Assembly (NCBI GenBank): GCA_964455655.1
Contig: CAYVWZ010000002.1
Coordinates: forward strand, 24,502 to 88,501
Direction of reading: 5' to 3'
DNA length: 64,000 nt
Origin: Candidatus Woesearchaeota archaeon
Lineage (GTDB): Archaea > Nanobdellota > Nanobdellia > SCGC-AAA011-G17 > JACPNG01
Position 1 is the stretch's first letter, and every line of letters starts with the position of its first letter. The notes beneath the pieces were generated by a model. It was not told the origin of the DNA. It was given only the letters and a program-made list of their open reading frames with translations, and did no database searches. The position numbers and the translations under genes are program-made. This document shows, piece after piece, positions 1 through 10,374 of the stretch.

Positions 1-1435
1 AATACTTATCACCCTTGTTGTAGTCATACTTGCTATCTTTCCAGGACTAAGAGATCCATTAGGCTCATTAGGAGTATTAATCAAAGGATATACTGATAGC
101 TTCAAAGAGTTTAGATCAAAACCTGATTCAGTTAAAACCCAAGAAGAAGCAACAGAATTCAATAATAGAATAACTAGAATACTTGAAGGATCAGGAACTT
201 GTGAAGGATATAAAGAAGTACAAATAATTTATAGTAAAGCAAAACGCATAGGAAAACAAGAACCACCAACATGGGAAGTATGCACTCAAAACAAACAAGG
301 AAATGTCTTAACCACTGATACCAACAAATATTGCGACAAAATCTCTGATGCACCAAAACAAGAAGTTTCATACTTTAAACAATACATACAGTGTCTAATA
401 AAAGGAAGAGATAGCACCTTAGAAACTTGTCAACAAGCAGATACTGAAGCAGATAAATTCTTACAAAATAATGGGCGATACAACCCTCAATCAGTATTCG
501 CAAAAGAAAATCCTCATGAAGTGTACGTTGCTGTTGGAGATTGTTATTTTAGAATAGGGACTCAACAAAGTCTGGTAAAAGCTAAAGCCACGTATGAAAA
601 GTATCAAACTTACGCAAAAAATAATGGGGCTGTATCTAATCCAGCAACACAAAGTCAAGTACAAACGAAAATACAAGAGTTAGAACAACAAACAAATCCG
701 AACTTATGGGAAACTGTTAAGAAAGAATATCAAGGAGATCCTGAAGCAGACTTTAATAAAGCACTAGGCGATTATCGCGCTAAGAATTATGTTTTTGCTG
801 AGCAGGAATTTAAAGATCTCGTTGTGCAGTCAGCAAGTGTCAGTACTGAATCAACAGCGTTGAAACAGATTGTAGCAAATTCTGTATACTTTATCGGAAC
901 TTCTCAACGCTTACAAAATGGCGTAGACTCTCAAGCAGTATGCGATAAACTAACAACTTCAACAGACATTATTACTTTAGATTATCCTGGATCTACATTC
1001 TTATCTCAAACAGAGATGGTTGGTCCTATAAAACCACAAGCCCTTTACGAGACTGCTCACTGTTTCAAAGAACTTCCAAGTTTAGACGCACAGGAAAAAT
1101 CACAAAAATACTACATATTGCTGTTAGAATCTTTAAACTTTAATAGAGATGATCCGCTCATACAAAATGCTATAAAAGACCTTGATCCTCACTGTAATAC
1201 CATAGAACAAAACTCTGCAATGTTTGAAGATGAAGGAAATTGCTTAGCTCAAAATGATTATCTTCGTAATAAGATTCCTGCAACATCTCCTCTAAGGAAA
1301 AATTTATTCTGCTATTGGGATACTAACACACCATTCTATACTGACGGTATTTGCCAAGCATGTTCTCATATCGGTGCACCTCAAGCAGATTCTAGCTCAA
1401 CTAATTCAGATTACACTTACAATAGCGCATGCTAA
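1..1435 (+). CDS. hypothetical secreted Cys-containing protein, 5' end outside window
   Basis: Frame 2 is open from base 2 to the stop at 1433-1435 (read directly: ILITLVVVILAIFPGLRD...). The track ORF 521..1435 starts at an internal GTG. No catalytic motif recognised. Confidence 0.45.
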   Translation, partial: ILITLVVVILAIFPGLRDPLGSLGVLIKGYTDSFKEFRSKPDSVKTQEEATEFNNRITRILEGSGTCEGYKEVQIIYSKAKRIGKQEPPTWEVCTQNKQGNVLTTDTNKYCDKISDAPKQEVSYFKQYIQCLIKGRDSTLETCQQADTEADKFLQNNGRYNPQSVFAKENPHEVYVAVGDCYFRIGTQQSLVKAKATYEKYQTYAKNNGAVSNPATQSQVQTKIQELEQQTNPNLWETVKKEYQGDPEADFNKALGDYRAKNYVFAEQEFKDLVVQSASVSTESTALKQIVANSVYFIGTSQRLQNGVDSQAVCDKLTTSTDIITLDYPGSTFLSQTEMVGPIKPQALYETAHCFKELPSLDAQEKSQKYYILLLESLNFNRDDPLIQNAIKDLDPHCNTIEQNSAMFEDEGNCLAQNDYLRNKIPATSPLRKNLFCYWDTNTPFYTDGICQACSHIGAPQADSSSTNSDYTYNSAC

Positions 1436-1553
1436 GACTCAGGCGCTGGTGCAATTCTTTAAACAGTGTTTAGAGAGGAAAGCAACCATCAACATTTTTC
1501 TTGGCATATAAAGTATTACAAACTTTAGAGGAATGTCCTTCGGCCTAAAACTC

Positions 1554-1567
1554 AAAACATTTATATA
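1554..1567 (+). promoter_or_regulatory. archaeal TATA-box-like element (tttatata) about 28 nt upstream of the ATG at 1592, leaderless-type promoter
   Basis: AT-rich TTTATATA motif at 1560-1567 in the intergenic region. Spacing to the start codon is typical of archaeal leaderless transcripts. Confidence 0.3.
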
Positions 1568-1591
1568 CCACAATAGAAATAACACAACGCA

Positions 1592-2041
1592 ATGGTAAAA
1601 AAAAGGCAGAGTAAGAAAGGCCTTGAGTTAAGTATCAATACAATCATTATTCTCGTTATTGTTGTCGTTGCACTCGTAGCAATTGCAGCATTTTTCTTCG
1701 GAGGATTCGGAAAACTCACTGATAGTATCAAAAATGTCTTCTTTGGAGCAAGTGGAGGATACGATAAAACCCTAGCAATTCAAAATTGTGAAACGTATTG
1801 CGATCAATTACAAAGTCTAGGCGATAGAATAGATAGTGATGCACCAGACTCTGCATATTGTACAAGATCTTTTGATGTAGACACCAATAATGATGGAAAA
1901 GCTGACAAACGATTCTATTGCTCAGATAGTGCATCCGCTGCAGTTATAGACCAAGAACTCCCTGATTATATTACCAGTAGAGATAGCCTCGATGTAAGCT
2001 GTGGAAAACCATCTGGTGGAATTATCACTTGTACTCAATAA
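1592..2041 (+). CDS. archaeal type IV pilin-like protein (class III signal peptide), Cys-containing C-terminal domain
   Basis: N-terminus MVKKRQSKKG-LELSINTIIILVIVVVALVA has a basic stretch, a KG cleavage motif and a hydrophobic helix, as in archaeal prepilins. Confidence 0.6.
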   Translation: MVKKRQSKKGLELSINTIIILVIVVVALVAIAAFFFGGFGKLTDSIKNVFFGASGGYDKTLAIQNCETYCDQLQSLGDRIDSDAPDSAYCTRSFDVDTNNDGKADKRFYCSDSASAAVIDQELPDYITSRDSLDVSCGKPSGGIITCTQ

Positions 2042-2074
2042 GTTTTTATTCTCTTTAAGTTTACACTTCTCTTC

Positions 2075-2650
2075 ATGACATCAAAAAAAGGATCAAGTAT
2101 CATTCTTACTTTTATTATAGGACTTGTTGTTGGACTTATGGTGGTAGCATTTCTTGCCAAATTTAATCCGCTTCTCTTTAGTTTATTCCCTGGAGGAGAA
2201 GATAGTAAAGAATCATTTCAAGAAATAACAGCTAAAATTATTTCTCTTCGTTCAGGGGAAGCAGCACAATACAATCTTAGAATTGCTAAAGGAGACGTAC
2301 TTATAGGATTTAGTAAAGCACAGACAGAAAATGTTGAAAGTAATAAATTCACCTCGACAGTAATAGGACCTATTGAACGCCCTGAAACTCTTTGTCCCAT
2401 AGATCTTACTTGTATCTGTTTATGTGACTCAAAAGTAAAAGCACCAGGAACGTGTAAAACTCTTGATACACAATGCTCAAAACTCGAAGGAATAGAACGC
2501 ATAGAAGGAATTATTGTTGATGACGAAGGAAAAGAAGTAAGAAAATCACAAGACGAACTCTTTATCAAAGGAAAAGCAAATATTCTTCTCTCATTACAAT
2601 TAGGAAAAGACAATATTCTTAGTGTGAAGGTCCCTGAAAACACTTCGTAA
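2075..2650 (+). CDS. archaeal type IV pilin-like protein (class III signal peptide)
   Basis: N-terminus MTSKKG-SSIILTFIIGLVVGLMVVAF. Same operon and strand as the neighbouring pilin-like genes. Confidence 0.55.
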   Translation: MTSKKGSSIILTFIIGLVVGLMVVAFLAKFNPLLFSLFPGGEDSKESFQEITAKIISLRSGEAAQYNLRIAKGDVLIGFSKAQTENVESNKFTSTVIGPIERPETLCPIDLTCICLCDSKVKAPGTCKTLDTQCSKLEGIERIEGIIVDDEGKEVRKSQDELFIKGKANILLSLQLGKDNILSVKVPENTS

Positions 2651-2681
2651 GGCTAATAAATTAAGAATTTAGTCCATTACC

Positions 2682-3734
2682 ATGTTTAAAAAAGGAGGAT
2701 TAGGTAGTGTACTCTTTCTCGTTCTCGAACTCACATTTCTCATTCTCCTTGTAGGAGGACTTGTAAGCAAAGTCCATGATCAAGCTGAAGGAAGAACTTA
2801 CGAAAAAAAATATTTTGCAAGAGACTTCGCACTGCTCTACGACACCTTACAATTAAGCAATTATCCATTAAGTGCTGATTATCAACTCCTCAAAGACAAG
2901 TACAAACTCAACATTACACAGAAAGGAGACTATTTCTATGTCGACATAACCACATTCGGAGAATCTTTTGCGAATAGATATCCCATTATTGTACATAAAG
3001 ACTTTGTCATACCCTCAACACAATTAGGAAAAGACGGAATACAAACATTGACCATTTCTGGAAATGGACAAGTTATTGGAGTAGGACAGAGCTATGACAC
3101 AGGAGAAATAAATCCCGCACTCTTTAGTAGACAAGAAGGAACTCTAGACTACCCTGTTAAAACAACAGACAGAACAGTAACTTCCTGCTTCGGATTACGA
3201 GGAGATGCACTCAATGAAGAAAACGAACCAGAATCCATAGACTGCCACAAGAAAGGAACACACTGTGGAGTAGACTTCAGAGCAAGAAACTCAGAAAAAG
3301 CAGTAGCAGTAACAGACGGAACTATTACCGCAGTACTCTTTGGAGAAAACAATTGGGGAACAATCATATTAAGACCTGATGGTATAGACAATGTTGAATT
3401 TGTCTACTTACATTTACGAAGTTTTTGCCCAACACCAGGGACATGTATCAAAGAACAACAGCATGTAAACAAAGGAGATGAAATAGGAATTACAGGAAAT
3501 ACCGTACCCTCATGGTATAAAGGAACAATCTATCCACACCTCCATTTTGAAATGATTTATGACGAAACAAGAAATCAAAATGGAGAAATAATCTCTGATA
3601 AGAAAAAAGTAGACCCCCTTGCATCAGGATTATTTAATCTCAAAGAAATAAACTTTAAACAAGGAATAAATTGCGATTTGAATAAAGAAGCATACTCCTA
3701 CAGAGAAGATATTGAACGGGGAATCGGGCCATGA
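2682..3734 (+). CDS. M23 (LytM/lysostaphin-like) metallopeptidase domain protein with pilin-like class III signal peptide
   Basis: N-terminus MFKKGG-LGSVLFLVLELTFLILLVGG. C-terminal region has the HxxxD motif (HCGVD) and HxH motif (HLHFE) with M23-type spacing (FGLRG...HCGVDF...DGTITAV...YLHL...GNTV...PHLHFE). Confidence 0.7.
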   Translation: MFKKGGLGSVLFLVLELTFLILLVGGLVSKVHDQAEGRTYEKKYFARDFALLYDTLQLSNYPLSADYQLLKDKYKLNITQKGDYFYVDITTFGESFANRYPIIVHKDFVIPSTQLGKDGIQTLTISGNGQVIGVGQSYDTGEINPALFSRQEGTLDYPVKTTDRTVTSCFGLRGDALNEENEPESIDCHKKGTHCGVDFRARNSEKAVAVTDGTITAVLFGENNWGTIILRPDGIDNVEFVYLHLRSFCPTPGTCIKEQQHVNKGDEIGITGNTVPSWYKGTIYPHLHFEMIYDETRNQNGEIISDKKKVDPLASGLFNLKEINFKQGINCDLNKEAYSYREDIERGIGP

Positions 3735-4282
3735 GCGAGTCAGACATTCCATTCAAAGAAGGAGGAGAATGGTATTTTATTCTTTACAGACTAGGACTAG
3801 CAATAATTGTCGTTGCAATAGTGTTAGTGATGACCAGCAAGTATGAGGGAAGAGACATTGACGTAACACCATTAGAATCAGAACTCCTCCTTGATAGAGT
3901 GTATTACTCAGCAACGTGCTTTGCTGCTAACGACAACATACGAGGATATGCAGGAGAACTTGATATGGACAAATTCACTCAAGAACAACTCACTACATGC
4001 CTTCATGGACCCTTCTATATTAAAGTTGAATTACTCAACCAGAAACAAATACTCTATAATGATGAAGATCTGTATATACGCAACGAACCCTACTGCAAAT
4101 TCTCAACATTTACTTGCACAACAAGATTAGTTCCCGTACTTATTAGAAACGGAAAAATTACAACAGACACCCTCAACATCACTGTTATTATCCCAAAACA
4201 AGATAGAGACCAAACTATTGATACAAGCATTACACCCATAGAACCATCAATACCTTCAGACAAAACAACGAGGGCTGGATGA
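3731..4282 (+). CDS. hypothetical membrane-anchored protein
   Basis: ORF overlaps the previous stop (ATGA-type coupling). One TM helix (FILYRLGLAIIVVAIVLVM). Confidence 0.45.
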   Translation: MSESDIPFKEGGEWYFILYRLGLAIIVVAIVLVMTSKYEGRDIDVTPLESELLLDRVYYSATCFAANDNIRGYAGELDMDKFTQEQLTTCLHGPFYIKVELLNQKQILYNDEDLYIRNEPYCKFSTFTCTTRLVPVLIRNGKITTDTLNITVIIPKQDRDQTIDTSITPIEPSIPSDKTTRAG

Positions 4283-4824
4283 AAAAACTCAACAAGAAAG
4301 GATTCCTTGAAGAATTCATGACCGAATTCCTAGCAGCAGTTGCAATAGTAATTATTGTGATAGTATTCGGACTCTTATTCAATTTCGCAGGAGCATTCAA
4401 AGTATTACCAGAAGTTACTCTTACTCTTGCAGAAACTGATGCAAAAATCATTCATCTTGTCTATCTCAAAACTCCCTATGAAGACGGAACCGTAAGCGAT
4501 GAACTCATTCGTATAAGCATGGAAGAAGATGAGAGAAAACAAGAAGAGAGAATAGCAAAACTCCAAGAATTCAATACAGAATTTATTAAACCCTATCCAG
4601 GAATGGTCATTAACGGACGTATTCAAACAAAAGAAGACAACATCCTTCTCAAACCAGTCTATTCTGAATCACGAGAAAAAGAACCAACACTCTTACAAAA
4701 ATCCTCTGAAAGCACTATTACTCTTCCCACACCAAAAGGAGATATTAATGTGAGTATTGGATTAGTCAATATTTACGATATCCAAATCTATAAGCCCTCA
4801 TCAGGTGAAATCAATGAACATTAA
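4279..4824 (+). CDS. archaeal type IV pilin-like protein (class III signal peptide)
   Basis: N-terminus MKKLNKKG-FLEEFMTEFLAAVAIVIIVIVFGLLF. Overlaps the neighbouring genes. Confidence 0.5.
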   Translation: MKKLNKKGFLEEFMTEFLAAVAIVIIVIVFGLLFNFAGAFKVLPEVTLTLAETDAKIIHLVYLKTPYEDGTVSDELIRISMEEDERKQEERIAKLQEFNTEFIKPYPGMVINGRIQTKEDNILLKPVYSESREKEPTLLQKSSESTITLPTPKGDINVSIGLVNIYDIQIYKPSSGEINEH

Positions 4825-6250
4825 GCGAGACAAGAGAGGATTAGTATTTGGACCCTATGCTGCTGCAGCACTCCTCGGATTACTTACCTATGCACTCATT
4901 GCCTTTGTAGGAAATCCCCTTCCAACACCTCAAGAAATTGGAAGCATTCAAGCAGAACTTATCAAAAATATTGGCACAGCAGAAGCACAACATTATTATC
5001 AAGAAAAACTTGCAGAACAAAGCACAACAGAAACTCTCTACTCCTTAAGCAAGACAAGCGGACTCTCACAAGAACAAATTAGACAGTGCGATAGAGGAGA
5101 TGGCATTTATGTATACAATGAACAATGCAATCCCACAAAAGCAATCCAGGAAAACTTCTTAAAAAATTTCAAACTCATCCATGATGAAAAACTAAAAAAA
5201 CAATCCATTAGCATTACCTCTTATTCTTTAGAACATAATACGCTCATAGGAACATATCGAATTATTGGAATTACAGGAGCACAACAATCTTACAACATCC
5301 AAAATAAACTTACTACAGAAAAAACACCTGGAAAAATACTTACAGCACCACCAACATATCCCGAATGTTCCCCTGGAACCTCAAGAGATCAATGCTATAA
5401 CAAACTCATTTCAGAAATAGCACAACGTTATGGAATGGATCCTCTTATGATCAAATCAATCATCAAAGTAGAATCAGCATTTAATTCAACAGCAAAATCT
5501 TCTGCAGGAGCACTAGGATTAATGCAGCTCGTTCCTTCATCAGCAATAGCAGATCTTAAAGACACAAGATACTCTGCAGGAAAGTATTGCAATGCACGAG
5601 GACTGAAAGAAGAAATTATTAATGATCCTAACCTCCTTAATGGAGACAATCCCTCTATATTCACTCCAGCAGTTAATATTGAACTAGGAACTTGCTACTA
5701 CGCATTCCTCTATGATCATTTTAATGGAGATCATCAATTAGCACTTATTGCATATAATCAAGGAGTTGGTGCAACAGAGAGAGCTCAAGGAAATCCAACC
5801 AATGCAGAAACAACAGATTACATTAACAAAGTCCTTACCGTCTATCATGCTTCTGAAAATAAAGACTTAACATTTATTACACTCACAAACCCTACACTTC
5901 CTTCTAAAATAACTGGAAGAGCTGTTGAAGAAGTAAAAGAGCAAGCCCCCTCAAAAATTATAGGAAATATCTATGTTGATTATAGTTTCAATGTAAGCGT
6001 TCGCGGAACACTCGATGACTACAAAAATATTTACGAAACTACGCAAGAAAAAGGAAACTGCCTCCTCGGAGATAATCCTCAATCATGCTACCATAATGAA
6101 CACGGTTATACATGGAAAGTTACGATGAGGGAGGGATATCCATTAATTACTGTTATAACCTCTACAAGAGATCCATTACACCCATCGCGAGAACCTGTAA
6201 CCATAACATTCTATGCAGATCCTCAATGGTTAAAAAATCCTAATCCTTAA
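4805..6250 (+). CDS. lytic transglycosylase (SLT/GH23 lysozyme-like domain) protein, N-terminal membrane anchor
   Basis: SLT signature YGMDPLMIKSIIKVESAFNSTAKSSAGALGLMQLVP...ALIAYNQGVGA with the catalytic ES. Confidence 0.7.
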   Translation: MKSMNIKRDKRGLVFGPYAAAALLGLLTYALIAFVGNPLPTPQEIGSIQAELIKNIGTAEAQHYYQEKLAEQSTTETLYSLSKTSGLSQEQIRQCDRGDGIYVYNEQCNPTKAIQENFLKNFKLIHDEKLKKQSISITSYSLEHNTLIGTYRIIGITGAQQSYNIQNKLTTEKTPGKILTAPPTYPECSPGTSRDQCYNKLISEIAQRYGMDPLMIKSIIKVESAFNSTAKSSAGALGLMQLVPSSAIADLKDTRYSAGKYCNARGLKEEIINDPNLLNGDNPSIFTPAVNIELGTCYYAFLYDHFNGDHQLALIAYNQGVGATERAQGNPTNAETTDYINKVLTVYHASENKDLTFITLTNPTLPSKITGRAVEEVKEQAPSKIIGNIYVDYSFNVSVRGTLDDYKNIYETTQEKGNCLLGDNPQSCYHNEHGYTWKVTMREGYPLITVITSTRDPLHPSREPVTITFYADPQWLKNPNP

Positions 6251-6277
6251 AAAGAAGTTTCATACTGAGAATAAACA

Positions 6278-7696
6278 ATGCCTAAGAAAAAAAGAGGAAT
6301 ACGAGGAAAGAGAGGAGAACAGAACTTAGGAACACCTCAACGAGTAGAAATAGACTGGAAAAATCCTTTCACTTCAGCACCATCAGAACGAGAACCTATT
6401 GTTGTTCAAAATACTATTCACGCAACACTCAAAAAAGATAAGGGAATATTCGGAGACTTTGCAAAAAAACTCATACTTACAGCAATCATTGTAGCAGTGT
6501 TATTTTTCTTCTTGTTCATTTTTACCGATTGGGGTCCCTTACTCGTAACCAATGGAGGAATATATTTTCAAAAAGCAATTGCAATAGTCTCCACAACAGC
6601 TGGAGGAATTAGAACCACATTAACAAACCCTGGAGAAACATTCGGGTCATGGGATAATCCAGAAGCAACGAGACTAGGCTCAGAAGAGAGAGGAGTATTC
6701 ATAAGTTCATTTAAAGCGCAGAGAGATTATGAACAAGGACAACAAGCAGACCTTCAAGGACAAGTACTTATTAAAAATCTAAAAGATACTCGTCCAATGA
6801 GTCTTAAAGTTTCATGCTATACAAAATATACTCCCCCTGGAACAATAGAACCAGAAATTACTCCAGGACTTGTAACGATACCCTTATTTCAAAAATCAGA
6901 ACCTCTAGAATTACAAGAAATACTTGTTGATCCTGAAGCACTTACTATTCTCAAAAACGGAGGAGAATTCCAATTCGGTGTTCATTGCATTATACCAAAA
7001 GAAGCATCAGATAGTGTTGTATACACTGGAGATAATACTCTCATTACAAGAGAAGCAATATTACGTATAGACTATAGAGCACAAACACAGTCCCTACTTA
7101 AAGTTGTAACATCTCCATCTCCCTATAGCAAAGACCAACTCGATAATCTCGCACTCTCTTTACGAAATCAAGGAATTGTTTCGAGAGAGGGAAAACTCGG
7201 AGCACAAACATCAGGAGGTCCTTTAGATCTCCAGGTAGACCTTGGAATCGCACAACCACTTACACCAGGTTCATTCCCTACTGAAGGAATACAAACCATT
7301 CCACTAACTATCGGACTCACTGATAGTCAAGGATGGGAAGGACAACTTACAAGCATTTACAACATTGAAATCTTAGGATTACCAAATTTGCTGAGGATTG
7401 ATCAGGGATGTAGAGACTTTGAACGAGGAAGCGGATTGCATGGCGAGCCTGCACTAAAACAAGAAATTATCCAAGAAGTAAATGATTGCATTAAAGAATT
7501 ACAAGATGATTCAAAAGCACAATGCGCATATAATCCTAGAAGATTGCGAGAAGCATTCTCATGCCAACTAAAACTCGAAACTCTTGGAGAAACTCCAAAC
7601 GTTCAAGATATTGTTGTTGAAGCAGACTATGATTACAGTATTAGCCAAAAAGGCGGAATTAATTATCAAAAACCACGAGAGAGTAGTACTCCTTAA
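6278..7696 (+). CDS. hypothetical membrane-anchored secreted protein
   Basis: Basic N-terminus followed by a TM helix (LILTAIIVAVLFFFLFIF). No recognised domain. Confidence 0.45.
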   Translation: MPKKKRGIRGKRGEQNLGTPQRVEIDWKNPFTSAPSEREPIVVQNTIHATLKKDKGIFGDFAKKLILTAIIVAVLFFFLFIFTDWGPLLVTNGGIYFQKAIAIVSTTAGGIRTTLTNPGETFGSWDNPEATRLGSEERGVFISSFKAQRDYEQGQQADLQGQVLIKNLKDTRPMSLKVSCYTKYTPPGTIEPEITPGLVTIPLFQKSEPLELQEILVDPEALTILKNGGEFQFGVHCIIPKEASDSVVYTGDNTLITREAILRIDYRAQTQSLLKVVTSPSPYSKDQLDNLALSLRNQGIVSREGKLGAQTSGGPLDLQVDLGIAQPLTPGSFPTEGIQTIPLTIGLTDSQGWEGQLTSIYNIEILGLPNLLRIDQGCRDFERGSGLHGEPALKQEIIQEVNDCIKELQDDSKAQCAYNPRRLREAFSCQLKLETLGETPNVQDIVVEADYDYSISQKGGINYQKPRESSTP

Positions 7697-7740
7697 GATC
7701 ATAGAAATACATATAAAACATCGTCCAGGAAAATTCCATA

Positions 7741-8658
7741 ATGAAAAAGAGTGTTATTGTTATTCTTCTCGTAGCAATTCTTCTCACAGGATGTACCTTT
7801 GTTAATAATTTAACACCAACAACAAGACAAGCAGCAACAGCAGAAACACCACATAAAGGAATATCTGTACAATCAATAGGATCAGTAACAAACCAAGATA
7901 CAAATCCTGTCCCCTTAACAGAAAATTTTCCTTACACCTACGGAGCAGTTATTAGAAATTATGACCTTAATCCATTACTCGTAACCGTAAGATTAAGCGA
8001 TGGTACTGATGATGCTTATGGTGGATTAGAAGAATATGGAGAAAGCACCTTGTTTTCAGACATGATGATTGACACAGGGGAAGAACTCACTGTTGGTCCT
8101 ACAAAATTTAGTTATCGTCAAAGATCACAAAGCATCACCACATTTCCTGTACCCGTATTTCAAACCTTTGCAACTTATGACTACAGCTTAAAAACTGGTG
8201 ATGCAGTAAAAATACCCACTATACCAGAACATTGCACAAGTGGAAGAGAAAATCCAGAACGAGAAAACATCTGCGATGTTAGGATACAACCCACAGCAGG
8301 AAATAATAATGTAGCACCCATTAGAGTTGAAGATATTTCAGCAAACTTCATTCCTGAAGACGGAGCAGTATCAGCAACAGTAAGTCTGAGACTACAAAAT
8401 GTTGGCGGAGGGTACATCCCCGATTACACATTAAATCCTATAGCTGTAAATGTAGCTATTGATGGCTTTGCGCCATTCACTTGCATACCAGAGGAAATCT
8501 ACTTAAAAGAACTCTCTGCAGATGTACAATGTACATCTTATGCTACTAACCTTAAAGCAGGAAGAGCTGAACCAAAAGTACTTACAATTGCAGCAGGCTA
8601 TCGCTATGAAATAGCTACAGGACAATTAACAGGAGAAATAATCAACACAGAGGAGTAA
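7741..8658 (+). CDS. hypothetical lipoprotein
   Basis: Signal peptide with lipobox-like LLTGC (MKKSVIVILLVAILLTGC). Confidence 0.5.
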   Translation: MKKSVIVILLVAILLTGCTFVNNLTPTTRQAATAETPHKGISVQSIGSVTNQDTNPVPLTENFPYTYGAVIRNYDLNPLLVTVRLSDGTDDAYGGLEEYGESTLFSDMMIDTGEELTVGPTKFSYRQRSQSITTFPVPVFQTFATYDYSLKTGDAVKIPTIPEHCTSGRENPERENICDVRIQPTAGNNNVAPIRVEDISANFIPEDGAVSATVSLRLQNVGGGYIPDYTLNPIAVNVAIDGFAPFTCIPEEIYLKELSADVQCTSYATNLKAGRAEPKVLTIAAGYRYEIATGQLTGEIINTEE

Positions 8659-8664
8659 AATAAC

Positions 8665-9642
8665 ATGCAAGACTACAACGCAATCATAGCAAAAATAATG
8701 GAAACAACAGGAAAATCACGAGAAGAAATAGAAGCAAAAGTACAACAAAAAGTATCACAATTATCAGATCTTGTAAGCAAAGAAGGAGCAGCGCACATTG
8801 TTGCAAATGAATTCGGTGTTAAAGTCTACACCCCTGAAGTAAAACAACGATATCGCATCAATGAATTAAAACCAGGACTACGAAGCGTTGAAGTCGTCAT
8901 GAAAATCGTACAAAAATACGAAGTACGAAGTTATTCACGAGATAATAGATCAGGAAAAGTAGCATCAATACTCGCTGGCGACGAAACAGGAATGATACGA
9001 CTCGCAGTATGGGACGAAACCCTCATTAACAAAATACAACAATCAAAAGAAAATGATATTATTCTTATCGAAAATGCTTACGTCAAAGAAAATAATGGTT
9101 TCAAAGAATTACACATAGGAAATAAAGGAAGCATAGAAGTTAATCCTAAAGGAGAAAATGTTGGAACTGTAAGCGCAGCAAAGAAAGAACAAGCATCTTA
9201 CGAACAAAAAAAACTCAACTCCCTACGCCCAGGAGATAGTGCAAGAATAACAGGAACTATCGTACAATTATACGAACCACGATTCTACCAAGCATGCCCT
9301 GATTGCAGTAAGAAAGTCGTCGATGGAAAATGCCCCTCACACGGAGCAATACAGCACGTCTTTGTACCTATCTTAAACTTTGTCTTAGATGATGGAAGCG
9401 ACAATTTACGCGTAGTATGCTTTAGAGATACTGTAGAACAAGTCCTAGGCGTAGGAAAAGAACAAGTAGAAAATATTAGAAAAAATCCAGCACTATTCCA
9501 AGAATATTTACGAACCATACCAGGAAAACAATATACCATCACAGGAAAAGCAACAAAGAATGAAATGTACGACAGAGTAGAAGTCACAGCAAATACTGTA
9601 GAAGCACTAAACGTTCACGCAGCATTACAAGAATTACTCTAA
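8665..9642 (+). CDS. replication protein A (RPA)-like ssDNA-binding protein with OB fold and C4 zinc ribbon
   Basis: N-terminal helical region (EEIEAKVQQ...LVSKEGAAHIVANEFGV), an OB-fold-like segment (ILAGDETGMIRLAVWDE) and the zinc ribbon CPDCSKKVVDGKCPSHG. GGAGG-like RBS upstream. Confidence 0.6.
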   Translation: MQDYNAIIAKIMETTGKSREEIEAKVQQKVSQLSDLVSKEGAAHIVANEFGVKVYTPEVKQRYRINELKPGLRSVEVVMKIVQKYEVRSYSRDNRSGKVASILAGDETGMIRLAVWDETLINKIQQSKENDIILIENAYVKENNGFKELHIGNKGSIEVNPKGENVGTVSAAKKEQASYEQKKLNSLRPGDSARITGTIVQLYEPRFYQACPDCSKKVVDGKCPSHGAIQHVFVPILNFVLDDGSDNLRVVCFRDTVEQVLGVGKEQVENIRKNPALFQEYLRTIPGKQYTITGKATKNEMYDRVEVTANTVEALNVHAALQELL

Positions 9643-10049
9643 ACATACCTTAAGAGTATTGCTACTATTCCTGAAGTTAAGCCACAAATAACTACACCCC
9701 AAACCGTGTCAACAATAACTATTTTTGAAGACCAATTATTCAACACTGCATAATTTGTTAATTCATACACACCATAGACTACTAAACCAAGAATAGCGCC
9801 ACGCAGCGCTGCTAAAGATACTCCGCTTGAAGAACTAAATACAAACACTACTAATCCTAATGCTAGAAGAATATATACTCCTATTGTTGCAGGAATATTT
9901 GCTTTCAATGAACCATTTTCTATTCTTCCAAGAGTTCCAAGCTCTTTCTTGTAGAACTTATTCATAATCAAACCAACCCACACTAAATCAAGAATAATAA
10001 TTATGATAAAACAAAACGCAAAAATTTTTGCTCCTTCTAATAACTCCAT
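9639..10049 (-). CDS. hypothetical integral membrane protein
   Basis: 136 aa with 3-4 predicted TM helices. Confidence 0.4.
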   Translation of the reverse strand: MELLEGAKIFAFCFIIIIILDLVWVGLIMNKFYKKELGTLGRIENGSLKANIPATIGVYILLALGLVVFVFSSSSGVSLAALRGAILGLVVYGVYELTNYAVLNNWSSKIVIVDTVWGVVICGLTSGIVAILLRYV

Positions 10050-10125
10050 ACATCTCTCTGATCTCTTTTATTTTATATAGTTTTGTGTAGGAACACTTTT
10101 AAAACAATGATCCCTAGAGATTACC

Positions 10126-10371
10126 ATGAAAAAAGAACTATGGTTTAAACGAAAACTCTATGGATGGGGATGGTATCCTTCAACATGGCAGGGATGGCTT
10201 TCTACACTAGCATTTATTCTCATTGCTGTAGCTATTAGTTTTATACCAAGAAAACCAACCTTACAAGATTATATTCTTACTTTTGTTCTTCCACTCATTG
10301 TTCTTATTGGAATTTACCTTTTCATTTGTTATAAGAAAGGCGAATCACCAAGATGGCAATGGGGTGCTTAA
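10126..10371 (+). CDS. small hypothetical membrane protein
   Basis: 81 aa with two hydrophobic helices. Confidence 0.35.
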   Translation: MKKELWFKRKLYGWGWYPSTWQGWLSTLAFILIAVAISFIPRKPTLQDYILTFVLPLIVLIGIYLFICYKKGESPRWQWGA

Positions 10372-10374
10372 TCA

